Source: Trichosphaerium sp. ATCC 40318
Taxonomy: Eukaryota > Protista > Tubulinea
DNA length: 58,246 nucleotides
Direction: 5' to 3'
NCBI GenBank assembly: GCA_038496445.1
Contig: JALMLS010000260.1
Span: forward strand, 1 to 58,246
The notes beneath the pieces were generated by a model. It was not told the origin of the DNA and did no database searches. It was given only the letters and a program-made list of their open reading frames with translations. Below, in pieces: positions 39,758 to 50,700 of this stretch (position 1 is the stretch's first letter; each line of letters opens with the position of its first letter). Made by a program: the position numbers and the translations under genes.

Positions 39758-40972
39758 ATGGATCCAAATGAGGATGATCCGTCACTAGGCGACGCAATAG
39801 AAGAGCCTAAGAGGAAAAGGCTTGTAAGAAGGAAAATAGGCGCGAGACCTGTTACAAACACTATTCCACACGATGGGCGTATCAAAGACGACCGCGTAAC
39901 CAAGGAGAGGCAAACATGCATAAGCAAGTTAAATGGACTCTTACGATACGGTACGCAACACACCTGCATTTTTTTCGCGTTGTGACACTACGATTTCTCA
40001 AATTAAACTTTTCATATCAATTACGCTTGCATTACATTTCAAGAGTACTATTTTGAAGTTCAAAGAGATTTTTTTTGTCAAATAGCCACACAAAATTTTA
40101 AAGTCATTATTGTGGCGTAATTATAGTGTAGTAATGCTTATTACGCATAGATCCGTTCGTGAGACAAATGCTGAAAGCAATAGAGAACGCAGGTACACAT
40201 TTTTTTACCTTTTTTTTTGCTATGTCTTCTGCATAGCCTCAAGCTTAAAGACTCACACCTAACAAAGGCTGCGCTATCCCTGGCAATTTTTTCCTGTGTC
40301 GCACTTGTCCTTTGCCCATGGGCGCCTTCTTTGAGCCTGGTATTGGTGTACGTGTCACCCATTTGTTTTCGCTGAAAACGTTTCTTACGTGTGCTGTAAA
40401 AGATCCTTCTGTATGTAACCTAAGAGGCATTTTAACATTTTCATAGGTTGTTGCTTGCGAAAATTTTCCAACAAAGAAAACAACCTTTAGAAACATTGTT
40501 ATACATGAGTTAGTCCATGCTTGGGACTTTTGCACTCGTGAAACGCATGGTGATAAGGATGATGAGGATTATTGTTACAAACTTGCTTGCCAGGAAGTAC
40601 GTCGCTCTAGCAATCAATATAACCAAAGACACCTTTTGGTTGAACCTTTTTATGTGAAAGGTGTTTTAAATCCTTGTAAACTCACTAGACATTGTTAGGT
40701 TCACGCTATAAATATGAGTAGTGAGTGTAATTGGTCTGAAGAGTTAAGGCGGAGGTTTGTTGGCCCTGGGCAGGGATTCGTACGCGTTTTTTTTTGTTGA
40801 AATTCACAAAAAAAAGATATTTACTCCGCTTTTTTAGAAATGCGTACGTAGACGCGCAATTGTAAACGTGGCAGCAGAACCAAAATGTACACGGTTAGCA
40901 GAGGATTATGTTGACTTTGTATTTGATTCTTGCGCACATGACATCGAACCTCTTGGATATTTTCCGTGGTAA
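39758..40972 (+). CDS. ATP23: Mitochondrial inner-membrane metalloprotease ATP23 (peptidase M76)
   Basis: DPFVRQMLKAIENAGC..., HELVHAWD zinc motif, LACQEV.A.NMS.EC, KCVRRRAI, VDFVFDSCAHDIEP. Confidence 0.92.
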
Positions 40973-41766
40973 CAAAAAAAAAGAAATGCTGGCACGAGGA
41001 TAAGCGAAAGAAATTAAAATAATCACACCACAGTGTAACGAGTACTGTTCTTTTAGCGGCCTTTACGGCGCTGTAAAAATGCAGGATATTACTTGACATC
41101 TATTTAACTCATCGTACTGTTACGTATTATACGATTACAGATGGAGAAATAAACAACAAGAGGCTGACTTGAATTACCATCTAGTACTTTTTTGGAAAAT
41201 CTGAGAGCGTATTCATTTCAAGGCAATTTTGGGTGTAGGCCCCTTACAGTACATATCAGGTGAGTGAGCAAGTACCAGTAGCCATTGTTTCGTATGCATT
41301 TAGCTGTGATGGAAGTAACATTTCACAGATTTCCTGTTTAGTTTACGTCAAAGAAAAACTAATTAACGTTGCAATAGCGCCCAAGAAATTAAAATGACTT
41401 CCTTTTCTGAGCATCATTTTTTTAATCCCGATACGTCACTGATTGATTGTAGTACTTGTAATAGTTGGTTCCCGAAAGTACTAGAGGTGTGTTGTACTGT
41501 TTGATTGCAGCAAGTGCTTTGGGGGTGGCAGAGAGTACTTTCGATAACTGGAAATTTTTATTGTTCACAATAAAAAAAGTCATTCTTGGTCTCTTTTTAA
41601 TCTTAACACATCACACGTTTCGAAAAAGGGATCGTTCCTGAAAATATTGTAATAATTGGTACGCGTTTAATCTTGTTAGCTAGATGGGGAAGTGGTTTCT
41701 GAATTTTCTATTGAGATTAGACATTTTGACGTGAAATAGTCGTTCTCACAAAGTGTTTAGTATAAG

Positions 41767-43732
41767 ATGACTCTACCGAATAAAGGAGGCTACGTCGCTG
41801 GCGCTGCACCAAGAAAACAACCAAAAAAGACTTATAATTCATACTACGGTACGTACCAAACTATGACGAGGCGTGGAGATACAATAGAAGCCTTAACTAC
41901 GCCTACACAATGAAATTCACAAAATCAATACTCTAAAACGCCAACTCAACAAAACCCATCTGCTTGAGTGTTTATGCCCTTCAGTTTTTGGAAATCTATT
42001 GTTTTATGTAGTTAGCCGTTTATGTTTGCTTTACACAGCATCCTGCTTTTTGCTTTATCGATGGTGTTTCGTACATAATTTAATATAAAGAATGACGCCC
42101 GTCACGTTTCAATCTTTTCTGTCGTCCTTTATTTTTTTTAATTTGTCCACGTGATTTTTTTTTTACCTTCTCCAAAACTTTCTGGCTATCGACAGATTTT
42201 TGCTTTTATGACATTGGAAGCCTGTGGATTATGTGTATGAGGTGTTTTTGCCTTTTTGGCTGATTTGATTTTGTAGACAGAATAATGGAGATATGGAGCA
42301 GTATAATGGCTCATAAATGGGAGCCACGAAACTTTGAAGTGTGTCGTGCTGTAGTACAAAAGAACCCATATTATCCAACAGTAAGTGACTGATTACCTAA
42401 CTCCACTTTGTTTATTCCATCACGACTTATGTTTGGTTATGTAGATGCTTAAGATAGAGAAGATGATGCACTATGATACACGTAATACACAAGCTCAACT
42501 TGTTCAACCTGATACATTTCAATTCGACGTGAACGTTTTCTTAAAGAAGAATAAGATCGTTGTCCAACATCCTGTTATTAAATTCAAGCTATCATGGCTA
42601 AGCGAGAGGTAATAGATTCTCCTTTTTGGACTTTTTTTTCTCAACATAAAATTTACAGATACCAAAAAGAAACAGAAAAAATCAACTCTTTGTGCGACAA
42701 TCTCGTATCTCGCATGGAATCAGTTTTGAGCGTTGGTCCACCACTACCACAGGTAAGTAAATATAAAACACATGGTCACATCTTTAACTTCGTTATACAC
42801 ACGTATTTAAACCAGTGAACTGATTTTTTTTCTTCTTGTAATAGGAGCTTTATAACGCTAAGATTCAACGTATTAAAGATTCATTCTTACCTTTGAAAGA
42901 AAGGCTTCGTACATCAATAGAAAAATCAATGTTAAAAGTGGTACGTACTCTTGAGGATAACATAATTTATTTCAAGTAGTATCACTGTTAACGTCATTAT
43001 CTAGGCTGTAAATATCCCACCTCAGTCACGTGCTGGAAGAAGAAGCTTTGGCGAAAGAGCTTCAACGATACTATGGACATGGTTTTATCGTAATTTAGAT
43101 AATCCTTACCCAGTACGTGTTTACTTGTAGTACTATTATTATCAAGAAATTCTAATGGTGTTATTATAGACAGTACGTTGAATATAGAGTTGAAGATAGT
43201 ATTATACATGAACAAACAAAAACGTGTTAATTTTTTTCTAAATAGGAAGAAGAGAAAAAGAGGTTGGCATTCATGTGTTCACTCTCTTTGAAGCAGGTTA
43301 GTACCAATTGAACCATACTTTGTTTTACTAAAATTTGGGAATTTAAGGTTAACACGTGGTTTGCAAATCATCGTGAGCGGTATAAACAGGTATCTATTTC
43401 TTGTTTATTACATTGAACATTCAAAAAAAAACGCTTAAAAAAACCTTATGCTTATACTTAGCGTTATTTGGATCGCAAAAAACAACTTGATCAAGATCAA
43501 GGTGGATCTCAACGAATGGAGCAAGGACTTATGAGTCCATTGCCTGTAACACTGGCACAGCAGCAACCTGTAAACAATGGGTTACAATATCAGCGTGGAC
43601 CAGTTCGGTGCGTTGCTATATTCCATCTTTTGCGCATGCCCTTTTTGCACTTTACTCTGGTATTAAGTTAACCTGGATTTCAGGACTTCTCCTCAGACAC
43701 AACGTCATAGATACCACCCTTATCAACAATAA
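41767..43732 (+). CDS. TALE-class homeodomain protein with a MEINOX-like N-terminal helix
   Basis: RRSFGERASTILWTWFYRNLDNPYP(T)EEEKKRLAFMCSLSLKQVNTWFANHRERYK; upstream VVQKNPYYPTML resembles the KNOX1/MEIS HPLYP motif. Confidence 0.88.
43170..43172 (+). other. Predicted 3-nt microexon (ACA, Thr) in the homeobox
   Basis: tctaat..ttattaTAG|ACA|GTACGT inside the 133-nt gap between PYP and EEEK; gives introns of 57 and 73 nt. Confidence 0.75.
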
Positions 43733-43989
43733 CAGCAAGTATTCTTAGAGTTGCTTATTGCAGAAAAGGCTGAATTACGAACTAACAATTTTTAACAAAG
43801 TAAATAAACACAATATTTCCCTGTACTCTTTGTTCAACTGTTGTCAAAGGGTCTAAACAATATTTGTATTATTAACGTGCAAGTATTATTGAGATTTGCA
43901 CGAAGTGCAATATATAACACGTGGCAAAATTCAAGTGTATTATTTGGCTGACAGTCAAGTAATTAGCTGATTGTATTGTATTCAAACAA

Positions 43990-44275
43990 AGACCCAGTTT
44001 AGATTTCTTTCAAGTGATCTTCGTAGCTCTAATAGAGGTGGCTTCTCTTTTTTTCAACATGCTTATTTTCCGTTCAGAGTCTGACACTTGACATTGTTTA
44101 ACGCAAGTTTGCGGCGTTTTTAGTTTTCTCCAAATCATAGATAAACTAAAAAACGTCATGGTGTGCACAAACGTTATGACAATGGCCAATTGGAAGAACA
44201 TAGCAAGTATTTCAACTGTAAATTGGAAGGTGAGTGCAAGTGTTGATATGACAATGGTCATCTAAAAGATCTGTG
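43990..44275 (+). pseudogene. Decayed F-box/MORN2 (family B) remnant
   Basis: HGVHKRYDNGQLEEHSKYFNCKLEGECKC*YDNGHLKD; upstream ttcaagtgatctt resembles the LPSDI codons of family B. Confidence 0.7.
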
Positions 44276-44315
44276 TTGCTCTTTTGTGTCATGTAACTTT
44301 ATTTGTAATTGTTAT

Positions 44316-45771
44316 TTAGAATACCCACAAAACGTCACTCTCTGTAAATGCTATCATGCGCTTATTCTCTTTATCATAGCAAGTGACAACAAAAACTGAC
44401 CTTATGGCATTATTGTATCCCGCATTGAAGGTTTCTGAGTTGTTTAGAGAAACGTTAAACAATTCAACAATGAGTTAATATTACCTGATGCCCATGAAAA
44501 CCTTTTGTGTCGTGTATCTGACTCATCATCCCATGTGCAAATATCAAAGTTCTCATCAATTTCTTTTAATTTTTCAATCAACCTAAAAGTATAAATCACG
44601 TGATTAATAAGAGTGATGTTATCTAACAGAACGTACACACTGCCTATTGGATGAAAATATTTAGCTAAGTTTTTACATTCTGATATTTTAGAAACATTGT
44701 AAACTTCACGGAACGGAGTGATCTCAAGGAACTCTTGGTTGTGAATCAGATATGAAGGGCTTTAATTCAATGAGTTAGAGGTATATGAAGCGTATTTTAA
44801 GACATACAGAGTGTGGTTGGCAAGGAAATGATAGACGAATTGTCCAATGGTCATTGAAGCTGTTTCTTTAGCTTTCCAATTTTCTACAACACCAAGAGAT
44901 ATGACATCTTCCATACGCTCTTTGCCAGTTGCATGGCGTAACATTGCCATTAGAGCACATATTCCATGGGAAAGTGAAGTGTTTTCGTGCATCTCAAGAT
45001 CAAAGGCTTGATATGAAAGAAATGCTTTGGGGTCATCTATCAACAATAAAAAGTAAGAAAGTTGTAGACTTGACACTCTTACGATCCTCAGGGACTGTAA
45101 GAGAGAGTAAGTTAATATATGAGCGGCGATGTCATGTAATCTTACTTGTGAAAGAGTTGATACCATCAATGAAACCTCTGTAACAGAACAAGTTAGTAAA
45201 CAATCAATCAACTTTTTGTTTCGATTACAGAGGTTGAAGTTGTATTTCAAGTTTAGCAAAATGTCGTACTCAAATCTATCCGAAAACTGGTATTCAACTG
45301 ATTTTGGAAAACGTTTAAATTGAGTAATGAAGAGTTGATGCCAAAACTTGTCCCCAATGTCATCTGTTTTTATTGACTCTTTTGTTTCTTTCATATTTTC
45401 CTTCCAAACAAATGTTGAAAAGAAAAACCTCTTCCACAACACATTAGCGCAACCAACCTTGAAGAAAACAAACGGTAAGCTAATAAAAAACCAGGACTTC
45501 TTTGAAACGTTACAGGATTTGTTGCGCACATACATCATACCAAGCCTTAGATACACTTTGAGCACTACTAGCATCGTCACATGATAAGAATGACAAAATA
45601 TGGAGCAAACAGTCATAAGACAGCTCTTGTTTTGGTTTAACGCCATCATGTTTAAGTTTTTTTGCTTTAGTGCTCTGTTCTGTCGCTTTTGACCCTGTTT
45701 GAGGTTGTCAATAAACTACATTCCACGTGATATTTACCTGCACTATCTAGCGACTCTTGTGGTGATATCAT
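44316..45771 (-). CDS. F-box family A protein, copy 3
   Basis: Same exon structure as copies 1 and 2; 12-nt microexon at 45083-45094. Confidence 0.85.
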
Positions 45772-46435
45772 TTAGAGCAACGTTTGTTGAGATTGCTGAG
45801 AATAGGTTAAGGCTTAACTTTTAAGCTGTACAATGTGTCACGTGTTACACAAGCTAAAGTTAGTTAAGTTAGAGTCACAATACAACGCTCACAAGACTCC
45901 ACAAGGAATAACGCAAGTATGTATGTAACGACATAACATTTACTAACATAAAAGTGGTTTTTCTCAAACTGTAAACTCACCAATTGGTTTAGTAACTTCA
46001 GGTACAGCGTCGCCAAAAGGCAGTCTAAAACACTTCTCTACATTCAGGTCGTACGTATCCATGCTTTTTGTCCAGGACATACATTACTTTTGTTTCATCA
46101 ACAAAATCAGTTCTAGTGCGATTGTCAAACTGTTACATTCTAAACTCACCTTAAAATTGTGAACTCAGCAACTTACCCTTGGTAACATCTTTGTTAACGA
46201 ACGATACCGTAGTGGTAATGCGATCTTTTACGTAAATACCCAAGCACGTGGCGAAAACGCTACTTGCTTTTTTTTTTGAGTGCTTAGTTTCTTTCTTGTG
46301 TGTCCAACGTAAGACGCACCTTTTTCTTGTAAGAATTTGCGTAAAGTGTTGGAATTGAATTTACGATTCAACTTCTCAGTTGCGATGTTTGTTGTGAAAC
46401 TGTCCTTACGTTTTATTTTAGTTTTTGTGCTTACA

Positions 46436-47539
46436 ATGGCTTCTTCGTTGACTTTGTTGGATCTTCCAAGTGATATTCAACAGTACATTTGTACTTTCAA
46501 TTGTGAAACATTCACAAAGTTCCATACGTTGTCAAGAAGAGCAGCAATAAGTACACATTTCAATGAATCATTAGAACAGAAAGGAAAATGGATCAGATGG
46601 TATAAAAGCGGAAAAGTCAACACCCATAGACATGCAAAGACTGGATTGTATCAAAGTTGGTATGAGAATGGGCAACTTGGGTCACAGTGGATGTTAGTTG
46701 ACGGTAAACGACATGGTGAAGGCAAAGAATGGCATGAAAACGGTCAACTTAAGGAACATGGGATGTGGGTCAATGGTAAACGACATGGTGAAGTGAAACA
46801 ATGGTATGAAACTGGACAACTTAGAATACAGTACATGTTCGCTGATAATAAGCAACATGGCATTAGTAAAACATTTTATGAGAATGGACAACTTAGGGTG
46901 CATGGCACACGGATTGATGGTAAACGGAATGGTGTATTCAAGAACTGGTTTGAAAATGGGCAACTAAAGGCACAGTGCTCATGGATTGATGATAAAGAAA
47001 ATGGTGAAGCCAAATATTGGTTTGAAAACGGACAACTTCGTATGCAAACCACATGGGTCAATGGTAAACAAAATGGCAAAGCTAAGGAGTGGTATGAAGA
47101 TGGTCAACTTAAGTCAGTTGGTACATGGATTGATGGTACATCAAACGGTGAATCCAAATACTGGTATAGTAATGGACAACTCAACGGTCAAGCGACTTTT
47201 GTAAATGGTAAAGAAAACGGTGAATCTAAGGTGTGGTATGAAAATGGGCAACTTTGGTCAGTGTACACCATGGTTGATGGTAAGCTAACTGATGAGAAAA
47301 GATGGCTTGAGAATGGAGAGCCTTTTGAAGAAGCGAATGGTGAGGTAAGGAGATGGTTCAAATCAAGAAGGAAAAAACAACACTTTGGTACTCAAAGTAG
47401 AAGTAGTAGCTTATTGATAAGATCGTTCAACACGATCTTTTTTCCTTTACAGATGTTTCAAGGTATTTTATATGGTTGGTTCAAGTACTTTGCAAACACC
47501 TTTTATTCATCATTTTTGTATTTGTCTAGAAAAGAATAA
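46436..47539 (+). CDS. F-box-like + MORN2 (YwqK-like) repeat protein, family B copy 2, intact and intronless over the repeat region
   Basis: MASSLTLLDLPSDIQQYICTF followed by ~10 MORN2-type repeats in one uninterrupted ORF. Confidence 0.85.
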   Translation: MASSLTLLDLPSDIQQYICTFNCETFTKFHTLSRRAAISTHFNESLEQKGKWIRWYKSGKVNTHRHAKTGLYQSWYENGQLGSQWMLVDGKRHGEGKEWHENGQLKEHGMWVNGKRHGEVKQWYETGQLRIQYMFADNKQHGISKTFYENGQLRVHGTRIDGKRNGVFKNWFENGQLKAQCSWIDDKENGEAKYWFENGQLRMQTTWVNGKQNGKAKEWYEDGQLKSVGTWIDGTSNGESKYWYSNGQLNGQATFVNGKENGESKVWYENGQLWSVYTMVDGKLTDEKRWLENGEPFEEANGEVRRWFKSRRKKQHFGTQSRSSSLLIRSFNTIFFPLQMFQGILYGWFKYFANTFYSSFLYLSRKE

Positions 47540-47716
47540 ATAAATCAACTGTGACAAATAATGATACCCTTTCGGAACTGATTTGAATGAATATTCTTTG
47601 TTGCGTGTTAAGTAATCTATTGCCAAATTATTTCTACTTCATTAGTAAATCAAGAAAGAATAAAGGAGTTTTGACATAAAAAAACCCGAGCTAATAAAGT
47701 ACAATTAATTGTTTAT

Positions 47717-50700
47717 TTATACTGGTCTTTTGGTTTTTTGGGTTGTGCTTACTACTCCACGCGGTAGCAAACAGCTTTTATCTGCCTCATCCATGAATGC
47801 CACGACTGTACATTTGTAGCACGAAATGTAAGCAAAGTATCTTTCTTTTGTTTTGGATTTCTAGCACGAAGTTTAAACATGTTTTGTGATTCCATCTGCT
47901 CTAAAATATATCCTTTCAAGTCATAGAATACAGAAGGATTTTGCTATGATACGTTAGCTCTGAATACACGAGTGGTGGATGTTGAAGAGGGAGGGGCATT
48001 TGAAAAAAATCGTACGACATTGGATGATTTAAATGTGAAGAGAGTCGTTTTCTTGAGACGGAAGAAACCACTTCTCCATTGACCCTTCTCCCATCTTTGA
48101 TACATTAAAACGCCCTCACATTTTGTTGCAGCGTAAAAATCAGGCCGTGTTGGTATAGATGTAGTACGCCGTGACTAAAAAATTAGAACTTGCAAACTTA
48201 TTGTTATACCAAAAGTACGTACAATTTGGCTCCTTGCAGCCTTAGGTGCTGATGCATGGATGCCACTGAGATAGTGCAACTATATGGTGTAAATACTTTC
48301 AAATTTTATATGCACGTGATTATCACGTGGTTTTTTAGTAATGGTACCCAGTTCGTTTTTTCAAATTCTGATGGGCAAGAAAGAACTTTACATGCGTTTC
48401 CGTCTTTGTTACATAACGACCATATCATAACATGTTTGACTCCGCCTGTAGATGTATAAGAAACTATAAAGTGTATATTTTAATGAATAGCGTACCTAGT
48501 ACCTCTATTGGAGGTACATCAAATACTTTAATGTCCGTGTCAAAAACGAAATAATTTTCTTGTAGAATGGAGCTATGTGGGTTGACAAACAACACTAGAT
48601 CGTTAAATAGGTAGCACGTGTAATCTGTTGAAACATGTTTTTCTCCTTCTACGTTATGTTCTGTTACCATTCCTTGTTGTACAAAGCTTCTTCCGGTGCG
48701 TTCAAGATTCTAATTTTAACAAGTAAGAAAAAACCTGGAATTGATTTTTTCAATTGCTTTTTTGTGCTCACCAAAAATTCTGCTTTCTTTACTGTCTGGG
48801 ATATTGTAACGACTTTCTGTCTATTCCGCTCCTTTACGAACATGTTTGTTGTTTTTACCATATTACTATCAAGTGTAGATAGGCAATCCTCTATTAAATT
48901 TCTGTATGTGGAGTCTTCGGGCTGACTTTTAAGCATTTGCTGAGAGTTGTTAAAAAAAATTGACAAAAAAAAATTATCAAGTTCAACTAACCTTGTGGAG
49001 CAATATTATCTTTGGTCCATGCTGCACCTTATGAAAGTATTAACACTGAATTAGAATATATTAGTAAGCTGTGTTCATACTGGAGCTGAAAGTAAACTTT
49101 CAACGGAAAGATCTATCCTATCTTTTGATGTTGAAGAGTTTAGTGCTTTCCACGCTTGAGACTCAAATTTCTCAATCCTCTAAGTGGCATATTAGGAATA
49201 AATGCAAAATACAACATTTGTGTTATGAATTCAAGGTACCCTCAAGTCCTTATCCAATACTCTATTTTGCAAACGACATTGCTTTAAAACATGCTGTGAT
49301 TCCAAGTAGTTCTACATGAAAATAAGTCAAAGAAAGCTGATAGATTAAGTACGAACGTCTTGGTCTAAGAATGGCCCATATGTGAGTAAATAATCCAATT
49401 CTTTGTTAAAAACCTCGGCAAGACATCTTGAGAATCCATGGTGTTGAACATGATCTTCAAGTTTTACCTTTAGAAAACGACTTTAGAAATTTGGTTTCTG
49501 TGTTTGAGGTGTACCCAGACTTGTTTTGTACTACTATAAATACTGTGTATATTACCAAATATTTGGTCTAGCGCCTCATTACTCAAGCCATTCTTTTTAT
49601 CACCTTTAAGCGCCAAAAAGTATCTCTACACTAATAAGTCAAGGCACGTGTTACAAAAGCATGATGGTTTTGTTTTTTTAATTTTCAACTTGTTAGAAAA
49701 CCGTACCACTAGAAGTATCTCCAGTTTGTGTACATAACCTTTAAAGTAGTTATAAATCTCTAGATAAACCAAGTACAATTCATCTTCTTTTGGTTTCTCA
49801 GCCTCAACCTGTGACCTTTTTTTTTGTAAGAAAAATGTACTCAAACAAAATAAAATCTTACGCTAGAAGCTTAGAGCCAAGTCTCCTTAAAGTTTCGAAC
49901 TCTGGATTGGTAGCGTTATTCTCGTTTGCTCTATTTATGCCTACTTGTGTTGTACTATTCATGCGTATCATTGGAGGAGAACCTCTCATGAGAGGCAGAG
50001 GTATTTTTTGCTGGACAACCTGTGTTGTACTGTTTATACGCCTCATAGGTGGAAGATTAGGTTTCTTTGGAGAATAGCTTGGTGGTAGGTTTGTAACAGT
50101 TGCCGATCGTTTGGGTGGAGTTGCAGGAACTACTGAAGGTGGAGGGGTGTTAGGAATAGGCGGTGCACCTTTTGGACGAGAAGGTGGAGCTGTTTTAGGT
50201 GAAGAACTATTTGGGGTGAGCACGACAAACGGGTTTAGGAATACAAGTAAGCTTGGTACCTGCCATTTCCTACAACCTGATTGCTTGGTTTCTTGAGCTT
50301 AGGTGGATTGACAGGAATCATCAATGTAGGTACACCATTCTTGGGCATGGGTGGACGTGGTGCAGGCTATAGCAGTGATTATTAAGTTTTGCAATTTATT
50401 TATCGACTTAGTATTTCAGGCGTACGTTGAGTGGAATACTTGGCACTGATTTTGTTGGTCTTTGTACACCAACTCTCCTTGGTTTTTCTATTGATGGTGC
50501 AGTGACAGATCGCCTAGTGTTGTATTTGTAAGGAAATATTTTGAGCAATCTAGATCATACAAAAGAGGGTTTGGTGCTGGTTTTCCGGGAGGTGGTGGCA
50601 AATGATCAGCACTCTGCTCTTTTTGGTCTTCAGCGCTCTAGATTGTAGTTGAGATAAAAGAAAACTAGAATGCATAAAAGTTCCAATACTTACAGCAGAT

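Noticed and set aside
41849-42276. Possible H/ACA or C/D RNA in the long first homeobox intron
   Set aside because: Only one short hairpin followed by ACA and imperfect boxes; insufficient support.
44762-45649. 295-aa ORF starting MMALNQNKSC (and the similar 23217-23417 ORF)
   Set aside because: Artefact. The start is out of frame with the F-box exon and the ORF reads through introns; the paralogs have stops in the same introns.
24662-47539. Diversity-generating retroelement template/variable repeat pair for the two MORN2 genes
   Set aside because: Differences are not adenine-specific, include a whole-repeat indel, and no reverse transcriptase is present.
46436-47539. Bacterial YwqJK toxin-antitoxin system or bacterial contamination
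   Set aside because: YwqK similarity reflects only the MORN2 repeat. There is no toxin partner, and the flanks are spliceosomal-intron genes.
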